A DNA stretch of 64,000 bases from assembly GCA_903882805.1 (NCBI GenBank), contig CAIRYK010000094.1:34242-98241 (forward strand), written 5' to 3'. A program made the position numbers and the translations under genes. The notes under the pieces were generated by a model that was not told where the DNA came from, ran no database searches, and was given only the letters and a program-made list of their open reading frames with translations. The stretch's first letter is position 1; each line of letters begins with the position of its first letter. This stretch comes from an uncultured Bacteroidota bacterium (GTDB taxonomy: Bacteria; Bacteroidota; Bacteroidia; Chitinophagales; Chitinophagaceae). Of the stretch, positions 29,256 to 39,002 are shown in pieces.

Positions 29256-31934
29256 TTAGTTGGGTGAGTCGCGGTAGTCCCTTCTTCGCTGCAACTTCAA
29301 ATCCTGCAATACGGTTGACTTAACATTGAGCGCAAAACTGAAACTTCTACGTGGACCGAAAGGAACCGTTTGCAGCGACATAGCCCAACAATGTAAGTCT
29401 CTAAACAAATTGAGCTGAGTTAGGGTCAGCGCTTTTTCGTCAAAGTTGTAGCCGCTGTTAACGGTCAGTTTCCAGTTCTTCGTCAACTGCAAATCGCCGC
29501 CAAAAGTCAGGCTATGCGTCAAAACAATGGTATCGGACTTAGAAAAATAGGAATAATTATTTGTAGCATTCAATGAATAGCTAAAGTTAAAACTCCAAAG
29601 GACATTAAAATCCACATAGTCGTTATATCCTGCGCTACGAGCAATACGCGTGTACTCTTGCGAAGTAGTAGGACCATTTGTGCCAGATGCAGGCTTGGCA
29701 TGAAAGTTAGTGCCTAATGCAACCGTAGCATTAGAGAACCTGGCAATACCCTGCCCCCTATCTATGAGAGTTTGAGGTAATCTGCGCGCATTCTGGTAAT
29801 CGTATGCATATGGATCAAAAGAGGCCGAACTGGATATGTTTATTTTATCTAAAACATTAGTTCTAAAATCGGCTCTTATAGCGCTCCACTGAAACGAATC
29901 GACAGCCGGATTGTACGACACCGCCCCATTCAATCCGTCTATTATGCTCACATTTTTAAACCCTGTGGTGGTATCCTTTGAAGATCGCACTTTTATTTGG
30001 AGCGTGTTGCCAAGCCCAAAATTAACAGCGCCACTCTTACCCAACGGTGGCATTCCCACAATTGAATTGACGTACGGCGACAGCGAAACATACTTATTTG
30101 TACTGTCAAGCCTTGATTGGTAATAATAGTTGAAGGGAGATGCGCCAAAATCTGGATGGTAAGATAATCCGGCTGTAGGGGTTAGTACATGTCTTACACC
30201 GCGCAGTTTTCCCCTTTTAAACAGTTTCATTCCATAGATTCTTGTCGAGAAACTTACGTTAGTATTGAAATCGCGGGCAGTATAAAAACCGTTAGTTTGG
30301 GTTGTATCCAGCTTCTTATCCTGTAGATTGTATTGATAAAAGGTTTTGTCAGTTAGCCAATATTCGTTGTAGTTTACGCTAAACGACATCTGAATGTATT
30401 TCAGTATGGTATAGCTGGCGCTTACAGGTATTGAGTGCCGAGCTCCTGTCTGGAAATTCTTAAGCGACAGATTGGTTAAACTAAATGTGCTGTCGTAAAA
30501 AGTTGATTTATTGAGTAGATCAAGGGTATAGCTGGTGGTGATTTTGTCGTACCAGTGGCTACCAATACTGGTGGCGCGCTGAAACGGATTGATCTGGTTA
30601 ATGCGAAAGTTGAGCGACGGTAACGAAAGATTCTGTTGCTTATTTGCCGTATTCTGATTGTGCAAAGCGCTCATAGTGAGGCTGGAACGAGTCCAGGTTT
30701 TGGAATAGCTTACGTTAGACTGATATTGATTCCGAAGGATTTGGTTGGGATCGTAACTATTATTGGAATAATAACTGTTTGTACCCAAATCCACCGACGC
30801 GCTGAAGCTTTGCCCCGGGACAGCTTTCCCATCGCTTTGGTGCGTCCAGTTCAACCTGAAGTCTTTAGTAACGTACCCACCCGGTTCAAAATCCTCACCC
30901 GTCTTATTGTACGCGTACGAAAACCGAAGCATCCCTCTAAACTTGTACAGGTAGTTATAATCGGTAACGCCGGTTACCAGATAGCTGCCCTTTGTATATA
31001 TATCTGCCTGACCTAAGAGATCGACATGATCGTTCATATAAAAATAATAACCGCCATTTCGCAATCCAAGGCCCCTGCTCTGCTCGATGGTATATGTAGG
31101 CAGCACAAACCCTGATTTTTGTTTCTGCGACACCGGGAACAACCCAAAAGGAAGTATCAATGGCGTAGGAATACCCTCAATAGTCAGATTTGCTGGTCCC
31201 GATACTATTACTTTTCCAGGTATCACCTTAATTTTTTGAGCAAATATGCCAAAGTGGGGAGTATCGAGCGCGCATGTGGTATATACACTATGATATCCAT
31301 ATATGGTTTGGTCTGGGTTGCGCTTTACCTGTTCGCTCATCACGTACCCTTCACCATATTGCGAATGCACATTTCTAACTATAGCCCGCTTGCTTTTAAA
31401 GTTGTATTGTATAGAATCGTAGGTAAATTTCTCTTTGCCCTGTGTAAATGTTTGTTTGTTTTCACCGGTATCCTTCACAGCGCTGTACGGAAATGCAGAT
31501 ACAACATTATTGCCCTGATCGTATTGCACCTGACCAGCATTCAATTCTAGGTCTTCGTAGTTTACTTTGGCCTTACGGTACAGGTAGAAAACATTGCTCT
31601 TCATGTCCAGCTTCGCCGAATCCTCTGCTTTGGCATTGATAATTGACGGCAAAGCATCTTTTGAAATTTTGATACCTAAATCTCGCTCCAACTGGGCTCG
31701 CTTGCTGTTGTCTGATTTATTTGCAACAGTATCTTTTTTTGTTGAGTCATTAACAATCGCATTCCCATTCAGCTTTATACTATCTGTAACGTTAATGACG
31801 GTATCCTTTACCTTTGTAACAGGGGCCTGTGCAAAAGATGCATTTGTTATAAAAATTATAAAAATGATTGCCATACCTTGGGTAAAGCAATAGAAAGATG
31901 GGATTTTTAAAATAAATTTACCGCTTAGGCTCAT
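29256..31934 (-). CDS. lptD: LptD-like outer-membrane LPS-assembly protein (large beta-barrel)
   Basis: About 890 aa. Signal ends ASFA|Q. N-terminal OstA-like segment, then a long beta-strand-rich region. Divergent to an amidase gene, as I recall from other Bacteroidota. The start is uncertain (31985, 31934 or 31874). Confidence 0.55.
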   Translation of the reverse strand: MSLSGKFILKIPSFYCFTQGMAIIFIIFITNASFAQAPVTKVKDTVINVTDSIKLNGNAIVNDSTKKDTVANKSDNSKRAQLERDLGIKISKDALPSIINAKAEDSAKLDMKSNVFYLYRKAKVNYEDLELNAGQVQYDQGNNVVSAFPYSAVKDTGENKQTFTQGKEKFTYDSIQYNFKSKRAIVRNVHSQYGEGYVMSEQVKRNPDQTIYGYHSVYTTCALDTPHFGIFAQKIKVIPGKVIVSGPANLTIEGIPTPLILPFGLFPVSQKQKSGFVLPTYTIEQSRGLGLRNGGYYFYMNDHVDLLGQADIYTKGSYLVTGVTDYNYLYKFRGMLRFSYAYNKTGEDFEPGGYVTKDFRLNWTHQSDGKAVPGQSFSASVDLGTNSYYSNNSYDPNQILRNQYQSNVSYSKTWTRSSLTMSALHNQNTANKQQNLSLPSLNFRINQINPFQRATSIGSHWYDKITTSYTLDLLNKSTFYDSTFSLTNLSLKNFQTGARHSIPVSASYTILKYIQMSFSVNYNEYWLTDKTFYQYNLQDKKLDTTQTNGFYTARDFNTNVSFSTRIYGMKLFKRGKLRGVRHVLTPTAGLSYHPDFGASPFNYYYQSRLDSTNKYVSLSPYVNSIVGMPPLGKSGAVNFGLGNTLQIKVRSSKDTTTGFKNVSIIDGLNGAVSYNPAVDSFQWSAIRADFRTNVLDKINISSSASFDPYAYDYQNARRLPQTLIDRGQGIARFSNATVALGTNFHAKPASGTNGPTTSQEYTRIARSAGYNDYVDFNVLWSFNFSYSLNATNNYSYFSKSDTIVLTHSLTFGGDLQLTKNWKLTVNSGYNFDEKALTLTQLNLFRDLHCWAMSLQTVPFGPRRSFSFALNVKSTVLQDLKLQRRRDYRDSPN

Positions 31935-32008
31935 GAACGTCGCAAAAATAGCTATTTGACCGCCACGTTTGTATAGTTTGTACATTTAATCTTTTGTGAA
32001 ACATCATT

Positions 32009-32845
32009 ATGCGGATAAAATTTATACTTTTCCTAATCATATTTATTGCCCCTACGCTGTTGCTAGCGCAGGGAAGAAAAATTTCTAAGGTTGTTATAGA
32101 CGCAGGCCATGGCGGAAAAGACATAGGGGCCCAAGGCGCAATCTCCAAAGAAAAAGATATAACACTGGCGGTAACGCTGAAATTAGGTAAGATTATTACC
32201 GACAGTATGAAAAGCCTTCAGGTTATTTATACACGCACTACAGACGACTATCCATCGTTGGTAGACAGGCATGAAATTGCCAACCGAGCCAAAGCAGATT
32301 TGTTTTTAGCAATACACGTCAACTCCACACCATTTACTTACACAAAAGTACTGGAGGGCTACAAGACAGTAAAAAAGAAGAAAAAAACTGTTAGGCAACC
32401 CATATACAGAACCATTAAACACCACACTACAACTCGCAGCGGCGTAGAGACATATGTATTGGGATTGCACCGCAACTCACAAAAAGAAGGAGCAATTGGC
32501 GAATATGGCGACAATGTTGCAGATGAACCTGGACTACTTGATACAAATGATCCGCAAACGGCCATAATAATAGCGCAGTATTCGCAGGCATTCCTGAAAA
32601 AAAGCATTTCTTTCGGCGCTAAAATTCAGGAACAAGTTGCAATAGCCGGACGTCCCGATCTCGGCGTAAAACAAATGAATCTTGAAGTGCTTGCGGGTAG
32701 CGCTATGCCCGGGGTACTAGTAGAAATTGGATTTATCACGAATACTGAAGAGGAAATTTACCTCAATTCAGAGCGTGGCCAACATGAAGTAGCTTTAGCT
32801 TTGTATAAGGCTATTAAAGCATACAAGGCAGAAGTTGAAAAATAA
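32009..32845 (+). CDS. N-acetylmuramoyl-L-alanine amidase (Amidase_3, AmiC-like)
   Basis: 278 aa. VVIDAGHGGKDIGA and DLFLAIHVNS motifs, plus ...GVLVEIGFITN. Confidence 0.88.
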   Translation: MRIKFILFLIIFIAPTLLLAQGRKISKVVIDAGHGGKDIGAQGAISKEKDITLAVTLKLGKIITDSMKSLQVIYTRTTDDYPSLVDRHEIANRAKADLFLAIHVNSTPFTYTKVLEGYKTVKKKKKTVRQPIYRTIKHHTTTRSGVETYVLGLHRNSQKEGAIGEYGDNVADEPGLLDTNDPQTAIIIAQYSQAFLKKSISFGAKIQEQVAIAGRPDLGVKQMNLEVLAGSAMPGVLVEIGFITNTEEEIYLNSERGQHEVALALYKAIKAYKAEVEK

Positions 32846-32997
32846 AATAAAAAAATATTTTTTACCGCACATAGTTTAATGACGGCAATGAAATATATTT
32901 ATACCCTGTAAGACTACCTTCGCCAATATTTTTTGCGGACGACATTTTACACACCCGTTAATATTCATTCTTAATCTTTATTTTTTAAAACATTTTG

Positions 32998-33558
32998 ATG
33001 CTGATGAAAACCCGTATAAAAACAGCGATTATTTCCAGTATGGCTGTAGTGGCTGCATTTATTTCACTTACTTCTACCACATCTTGCAACAGAGATAAGT
33101 GCAAAACAGTTGTTTGTGCTCACAACGGTGTATGCGATGGGGGTATTTGTCTTTGTCCGGCTGGTTACGAGGGTTCAAATTGTGAAACCGTTTCGAGGGA
33201 TAAATTTTTAGGTAACTGGACTGTTTTTGAAAAAGGAAGCGTTACAAATTCGGCTCAATACGGTGTTACTGTTGGTCCTGCAGCTAATATTTCTCATATT
33301 GCTATTACTAACTTTTACAACTACTTCCGCACTCAGATCGACGGTTATATTGTAAAGGACACCATGTACATTCCCAACCAACAATATGAAGGAAAACTGG
33401 TATTTGGCATAGGTTATATATATGCTGATGTTACCTATAAACAAAATGCAGCGATACTTTTGAGATACGAAGTTATTGATACTGCCACACAACTAGTAAA
33501 TGACTTTGGTTACAACTCTGTAATCGACGGAAGTAACCCTTCTATGTGGAACAAATAA
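32998..33558 (+). CDS. Lipoprotein with N-terminal EGF-like module
   Basis: 186 aa from the ATG at 32998 (the track start 32995 is TTG). Signal ends TSTTSC. It is followed by CKTVVCAHNGVCDGGICLCPAGYEGSNC, which fits the six-Cys EGF pattern. Confidence 0.65.
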   Translation: MLMKTRIKTAIISSMAVVAAFISLTSTTSCNRDKCKTVVCAHNGVCDGGICLCPAGYEGSNCETVSRDKFLGNWTVFEKGSVTNSAQYGVTVGPAANISHIAITNFYNYFRTQIDGYIVKDTMYIPNQQYEGKLVFGIGYIYADVTYKQNAAILLRYEVIDTATQLVNDFGYNSVIDGSNPSMWNK

Positions 33559-33589
33559 TTGTAAACACTGTTATATTTTGGTAAATACT

Positions 33590-33625
33590 AAACGCCAAAG
33601 TTTCCGCTCGGATTCTTTGGCGTTT
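33590..33625 (+). terminator. Rho-independent terminator
   Basis: 11-bp stem aaacgccaaag / ctttggcgttt with a 14-nt loop. Confidence 0.7.
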
Positions 33626-33991
33626 GCACATATTGACAATCTTTTTCTGAACCGTACATAAAAATTTCACCTACATAAAGCCAATAAAGATTAATAAAAA
33701 GATATTTTCTTCACTGTGGCTTAATCATTTTTAAAGAATATTTTTGTGTACGAAATAGCTGCTAATTTGGGCACAATTTCTGGAATTGATTTGTTTGTAT
33801 CAGAAACGTTGAGTATATTTAGCAGACAAACAAAACAAAAAACATTTTACCGTATATTGCAATCTAAATGACTGTTAGGAGGATTTAATCAATTTAAAGA
33901 TATTTTTCCACCAAACTCCCTGTTAATCAACTAACCAATCAGAATTAATAAGGTCAAGATAGTTGACCGGATTAGTTTAATAATATCAAAT

Positions 33992-34408
33992 ATGGAAAAT
34001 ACAAATACCCCACTTCAGAAGGTAGTTATTATCGAAGACGATTTGGCGATTCAAACCTTGTTGTGTACAGTATTGGAATATAATTTTATTGTTACAGCTT
34101 TCGACAATGGTATGGAAGCTTTGTCTTTTTTACAAAAAGGAAATATTCCGGATATTATTATTTCAGATCTAAATACTCCTGAACTGAATGGGTATGATAT
34201 GCTTCTACAACTTAAAGCAAGTAGTTTCTTTAGTTCAATTCCAATCATAATTTTGTCGGGTGAAGAAGGTTCTGATACCCGAATCAAGTGTTTTGAAGCT
34301 GGCGCAGATGATTACATTATCAAACCTTTTAATCCGCGTGAGTTAGAGGTAAGAATTAATGCAATTCTAAAGCGTTATGGAAAAACATTGATCACTAAAC
34401 ATTTTTAA
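33992..34408 (+). CDS. Stand-alone response-regulator receiver (CheY-like)
   Basis: 138 aa. Acidic pocket IEDD, phospho-acceptor IISDLNTP, a conserved Ser in IIILSG and a Lys in YIIKPF. Confidence 0.88.
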   Translation: MENTNTPLQKVVIIEDDLAIQTLLCTVLEYNFIVTAFDNGMEALSFLQKGNIPDIIISDLNTPELNGYDMLLQLKASSFFSSIPIIILSGEEGSDTRIKCFEAGADDYIIKPFNPRELEVRINAILKRYGKTLITKHF

Positions 34409-34420
34409 TAAAACCGGTGC

Positions 34421-35605
34421 ATGCCTGATATTAATGCTGGTATAATAGCCTTGTTGAATGTCGATACCCCTACAATGGACCGACTAAACAAGTGTAATTT
34501 TGGCAATAACAAACTGGTGCTTTTTAACAATGTTATTGAACTTTGTAAAGATTTCGAAAAACTAAAACTGAATATAGTTGCCATTATTTCTGCAAGCGAG
34601 GTAATGGGCACCGGCGATGTAAGCCTTTTGGAGACATTCCGTAATAAGGACATGTTGCATATACCCTTTTTCCTTATCTGCGAAAAAATAAATGACAACC
34701 TATTACGTATTTGCCTGCAGGCAGGCGTAGCCGATGTATTTGTAGCTCCGCTAGACATGCCTGTCATTGAAAGCAGAATAAATTTTTTAATAAAGCACTG
34801 GGCAAACCTGCTGAACAAAACCGGTAAAAAAGAGATTGCAACATACAAAACACCTTTGCTAAAACGCACTTTCGACATCGTTTTTTCCAGCATTGCAATA
34901 ATATGCCTGTCGCCGCTTATTCTTATTGTTATTCTGATAATGAAACTGGAGTCAAAAGGTCCTGTATTTTATTATTCTCTGCGCGTAGGCACCGGTTATA
35001 GAGTGTTTAAATTCTACAAATTCAGGTCGATGTATGTAAATGCCGATCTGAAATTGAAGGAATTCAAACATCTGAATCAATATAATACAGACGCTAAAGT
35101 ACCGGAAGAAAAAGAGAAAAAAGCCCTTTGCGACGACTGCATAAAAGCCGGAGAAAAGTCTTGCCGTAACCCATTGTATTCAGATAACAACACATGGTGT
35201 GAAAAGCAATACCTCGATACAAAGAAGAAACAAAGTGGTTCGGCATTTTTTAAACTCAAAAACGACCCACGCATTACCCGCGTTGGCAACTTCCTGCGCA
35301 ACACCAGTATTGATGAATTGCCCCAACTATGGAACGTATTAAAAGGCGATATGAGTATTGTTGGCAACCGTCCGCTCCCCCTCTATGAAGCGGAAAAACT
35401 GACAACTGACAAATATGCGCTGCGCTTTATGGCGCCTGCCGGCCTAACTGGCTTGTGGCAGGTGGAAAAAAGAGGGAAAGGCAAAATGTCGGAAGAAGAG
35501 CGCCTTATGCTGGACAATACCTATGCCGAAACCCATAGTTTCTGGTACGATATCAAATTGATTCTCAAAACAATACCGGCCTTATTTCAAAAAGAAAATG
35601 TGTAA
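34421..35605 (+). CDS. Degenerate receiver domain fused to an initiating phosphoglycosyl transferase (bacterial sugar transferase)
   Basis: 394 aa. Residues about 150-394 carry the re-entrant helix plus [34 protein letters not shown] and VGNRP. Residues 1-130 have a receiver-like pattern without the catalytic residues. Confidence 0.8.
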   Translation: MPDINAGIIALLNVDTPTMDRLNKCNFGNNKLVLFNNVIELCKDFEKLKLNIVAIISASEVMGTGDVSLLETFRNKDMLHIPFFLICEKINDNLLRICLQAGVADVFVAPLDMPVIESRINFLIKHWANLLNKTGKKEIATYKTPLLKRTFDIVFSSIAIICLSPLILIVILIMKLESKGPVFYYSLRVGTGYRVFKFYKFRSMYVNADLKLKEFKHLNQYNTDAKVPEEKEKKALCDDCIKAGEKSCRNPLYSDNNTWCEKQYLDTKKKQSGSAFFKLKNDPRITRVGNFLRNTSIDELPQLWNVLKGDMSIVGNRPLPLYEAEKLTTDKYALRFMAPAGLTGLWQVEKRGKGKMSEEERLMLDNTYAETHSFWYDIKLILKTIPALFQKENV

Positions 35606-35610
35606 TAGAA

Positions 35611-36441
35611 ATGAGACCTATAGGCGTACCCGTTTTTGTTAAACAACTTCGCAACCCTGCTATCTCTAACGATGCAAGAATCGCTGAAATAAAAAAACAA
35701 TACAGCCTTTTCAAAAAAGGCAACCCGGAAGTCTCTATTATTATTCCCGCTTACAACGAGGAAAAAGATATTTTGCCTACCCTGCAATCTTTAGTGGCAG
35801 CTACGCCCAAATTATGTGTAGAGATCATTGTTGTCAATAACAATTCAACTGATAAAACAGAGCAATTGGTAAAAGCAACGGGCATTAAGTGCATCACCGA
35901 AATGCAGCCCGGCGTAACGGCTGCGCGCAATGCAGGGCTGGCAGAAGCAAAGGGCAAATATATAATGAATGCAGATGCAGATACTACCTACCCTCCCGGA
36001 CTGGTAGATGCAATGATTGCGCCACTTATAGCCGACGATAAAATAAGCCTAACCTACGGGCGTTATGCATTTATTCCTACAGGCGTTACATCAAGGTTCA
36101 CTTATTTTATTTACGAGCATATTGTAGGTTTGTTACGTTGGTTTAAAAAAACCTTCAAAGAAGAGGCGGTAAATGTAGGCGGATTCAATTCCTGTTTCAG
36201 ACGTGAGCAGGGTTTGGCGGTAGATGGTTACAATCATCCACTAGGAGCAAACGAAGATGGATTTCTTGCATTGAAACTACGTAATAAAGGCTTTGGCAAA
36301 CTTTTAGAAATATCCGGTAGTAGCACGCTCTCCTGGACCACCGACAGAAGAATACAGATAGATGGGGGTTTGATAAAGGGAATCATAAAACGGATAAAAA
36401 GAGTCTTTTTTAACAAAGGCGAAAACCACCCCTCTTTATAA
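35611..36441 (+). CDS. Family 2 glycosyltransferase (soluble)
   Basis: 276 aa. Motifs VSIIIPAYNEE, VVNNNSTDKT and NADADT are present, with no TM segments. It starts 5 nt after the preceding gene. Confidence 0.82.
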   Translation: MRPIGVPVFVKQLRNPAISNDARIAEIKKQYSLFKKGNPEVSIIIPAYNEEKDILPTLQSLVAATPKLCVEIIVVNNNSTDKTEQLVKATGIKCITEMQPGVTAARNAGLAEAKGKYIMNADADTTYPPGLVDAMIAPLIADDKISLTYGRYAFIPTGVTSRFTYFIYEHIVGLLRWFKKTFKEEAVNVGGFNSCFRREQGLAVDGYNHPLGANEDGFLALKLRNKGFGKLLEISGSSTLSWTTDRRIQIDGGLIKGIIKRIKRVFFNKGENHPSL

Positions 36442-36541
36442 TTTACTTGTTATCGTACCATTAATGTAACGCGAACCCTATGTACTTTTAGTCTGTTTGA
36501 CTAACTTTAAGTTTCCCGAATCAAAAAACTGAAAAGCGCTT

Positions 36542-37900
36542 ATGAACGGCAGCCAAACTATAAAAATCTTTATTTTAGATGACGATCTTTTATATAGTTC
36601 TATGCTGGAGCACTTCCTTTCTTTGAACCCCGACTACAGCGTTACCAAGTTTAATGACGAAGAAGAGTTTTTCAAGAATCTGTATCTATGCCCTGAAATA
36701 GTAACGCTCGACTATGCATTGAAAAAAATGAACGGAGCGCAAGCGCTAAAAAAAATAAAGGAATACAATTCGGAAATAGAAGTTATTATGATATCGGGCC
36801 AGGAAGATGTGGCTACCGCCGTAGGCTTGCTCAACGAGGGCGCCTACGACTATATTGTAAAGAACGACCAAATGAAAGACCGCCTCTGGAAGGTGATACA
36901 ACACCTGATAGAAAATAAAAATCTGAAGAAAGAGGTTGCCGGTCTGAAAAACGAACTCAAAAAGAAATACGACTATTCCAAAACGCTAATTGGCGAAAGC
37001 CCGGCTATAAAGCGCACGCTCAACCTGATAGAAAAAGCGGTAAATGCAAACATAACCGTATCTATTACCGGCGAAACGGGCACTGGTAAAGAAGTAGTGG
37101 CAAAAGCTATACACTTTAACTCACCGAGGCAAAAACATCCGTTTGTTGCTATCAACGTAGCGGCTATACCCAAAGAACTACTGGAAAGCGAGCTTTTCGG
37201 GTACGAAAAAGGCGCATTTACAGGCGCTACCGGCCGTCGGATTGGGAAATTTGAAGAGGCGAACAAAGGCACTATTTTCCTTGACGAGATAGGTGAAATG
37301 GATATATACTTGCAGGCAAAAATACTGCGTGTAATTCAGGAGCGGGAAATAACACGCATAGGCAGCAATACTGTGGTGCCAATAGATGTGCGTATTATCG
37401 TTGCCACTCATAAAAATCTGGCCAGCGAGGTTGCAAAAAAGACGTTTAGGGAAGATCTCTATTTCCGGCTGAAGGGACTAACCATAGAGCTACCTCCACT
37501 GCGCGAGCGCGGTAACGATATACTGATACTGGCCAAGCACTTTATAGCCAATTACTGCAAAGAAAACAACCAGAAGCTAAAAACTATGACGCCTGCAGCC
37601 CAGCAAAAACTACTATCGTATAGTTTTCCGGGCAATGTGCGCGAACTTATATCGATAGTGGAACTGGCTGTAGTGATGGCTGAAAATAACATAATAGACG
37701 AAGAGGAAATTTGCCTGGAACTGAACTCGAATATCAGCAATATACTGAGTAAAGAAACGACGCTAAAAGAATACGAGTTTCAGATAATTGACTTCTTCCT
37801 GAAAAAATACGACAACAATGTGCTGCTGGTGGCACAAAAGCTCGACATCGGCAAATCTACTATATACAGAATGTTGCAAAATGCTGAGAAAAACAGCTAA
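36542..37900 (+). CDS. Sigma-54-dependent transcriptional activator (NtrC family: REC + AAA+ + Fis-type HTH)
   Basis: 452 aa. Receiver with LDDD and TLDY, Walker A GETGTGKE, the sigma-54 contact loop GAFTGA, and a C-terminal HTH (AQKLDIGKSTIYRML). Confidence 0.9.
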   Translation: MNGSQTIKIFILDDDLLYSSMLEHFLSLNPDYSVTKFNDEEEFFKNLYLCPEIVTLDYALKKMNGAQALKKIKEYNSEIEVIMISGQEDVATAVGLLNEGAYDYIVKNDQMKDRLWKVIQHLIENKNLKKEVAGLKNELKKKYDYSKTLIGESPAIKRTLNLIEKAVNANITVSITGETGTGKEVVAKAIHFNSPRQKHPFVAINVAAIPKELLESELFGYEKGAFTGATGRRIGKFEEANKGTIFLDEIGEMDIYLQAKILRVIQEREITRIGSNTVVPIDVRIIVATHKNLASEVAKKTFREDLYFRLKGLTIELPPLRERGNDILILAKHFIANYCKENNQKLKTMTPAAQQKLLSYSFPGNVRELISIVELAVVMAENNIIDEEEICLELNSNISNILSKETTLKEYEFQIIDFFLKKYDNNVLLVAQKLDIGKSTIYRMLQNAEKNS

Positions 37901-37962
37901 ATAAAAAAGCGTTTATAATGCACATCGCACAATTAACGCCCGTTTCCTATAAAAATAACTTA

Positions 37963-38895
37963 CTAAAGATTGTCTTTGGCCTGTAGCCATGCCTTTCTGC
38001 CCTCTCCGGCAAACACATGACGCTCGCTATGATAAGACGAGCGTACCAGCGGACCGCTCTCTACATAGTCCAGCCCCATTTTATACCCTTCTTCACGATA
38101 AAACGCAAACTCATCGGGATGCACAAAGCGCACTACCGGAAGGTGTTTGGGCGTTGGTTGCAGGTATTGCCCCATAGTTACCACATCGCAACCGTTATCG
38201 GCAAGGTCTTGCAGGGTTTGCAATACCTCTTCTTTTTCTTCACCCAGCCCCAACATTATACCGCTCTTGGTGCGCATACCGCCATCCTTGAGTCGCCTTA
38301 TCACTTCCATGCTGCGGTGGTAGCGCGCTTGTATCCGCACCTTGCGCGTTAGTCGCTCTACAGTTTCTATATTGTGCGATACCACCTCGGGCGCTACATC
38401 TATTATCCTTTGCAGGTTATCCCAGTCGCCCTTAAAGTCGGGTATCAAGGTTTCCAGCGTTGTGTCGGGGTTGAGTGCACGCACTGCTTTTATGGTGTTG
38501 GCCCATATTACAGAGCCTCCGTCTTTCAGTTCATCCCTATCTACCGATGTCAGTACCGCATGTTTCACCTTCATCAGGTATATAGCTTCTGCTACGCGCT
38601 GCGGTTCATCCCAGTCTACAGGTTCGGGCCTGCCGGTGGCTACAGCACAAAAACCGCACGAGCGGGTGCATATGTTGCCAAGTATCATAAAAGTTGCCGT
38701 ACCCTCGCCCCAGCATTCGCCCATATTGGGGCAATTGCCGCTCTCGCATATAGTATGCAGCTTGTGGTTGGTAACCAGTCCGCGCACATGACGGTAGTTC
38801 TCGCCCATAGGCAATTTCACTCTAAGCCAATCTGGCTTCTTTACTCTTTTCTCTGCTACAGCTTCTGTAGTACTGATTACCGGCAACTCCTGCAT
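37963..38895 (-). CDS. lipA: Lipoyl synthase
   Basis: 310 aa. Auxiliary cluster motif [12 protein letters not shown] and radical-SAM motif CTRSCGFC. Confidence 0.95.
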   Translation of the reverse strand: MQELPVISTTEAVAEKRVKKPDWLRVKLPMGENYRHVRGLVTNHKLHTICESGNCPNMGECWGEGTATFMILGNICTRSCGFCAVATGRPEPVDWDEPQRVAEAIYLMKVKHAVLTSVDRDELKDGGSVIWANTIKAVRALNPDTTLETLIPDFKGDWDNLQRIIDVAPEVVSHNIETVERLTRKVRIQARYHRSMEVIRRLKDGGMRTKSGIMLGLGEEKEEVLQTLQDLADNGCDVVTMGQYLQPTPKHLPVVRFVHPDEFAFYREEGYKMGLDYVESGPLVRSSYHSERHVFAGEGRKAWLQAKDNL

Positions 38896-39002
38896 AAGAC
38901 TGCAAATTTAGTAAAATACTGTGTAGAAAGTGTTGTGAACGGCAAACCAAGGCTACTGTATAGAAAAACAGAATAGGCCAATAGCGTTACCAAAACCAAC
39001 CA

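Noticed and set aside
33768-33783. Possible sigma-54 promoter TGGGCACAATTTCTGG upstream of the receiver-PGT operon, which would fit the adjacent enhancer-binding protein
   Set aside because: With GG placed at -24, the -12 position reads TGG rather than the essential TGC, and the -24 half has an extra G. This is a one-off near match in AT-rich DNA, so it is kept only as a remark in a finding.
33698-33906. 11-nt direct repeat AAAGATATTTT, 198 bp apart
   Set aside because: In a leader this AT-rich, an 11-mer of A and T with a single G could recur by chance. There is no third copy or symmetry to support a binding site.
38342-38976. Two long plus-strand ORFs (149 and 200 aa)
   Set aside because: Both are antisense to lipA, whose radical-SAM motifs are unambiguous. 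They are shadow ORFs in a GC-richer gene.
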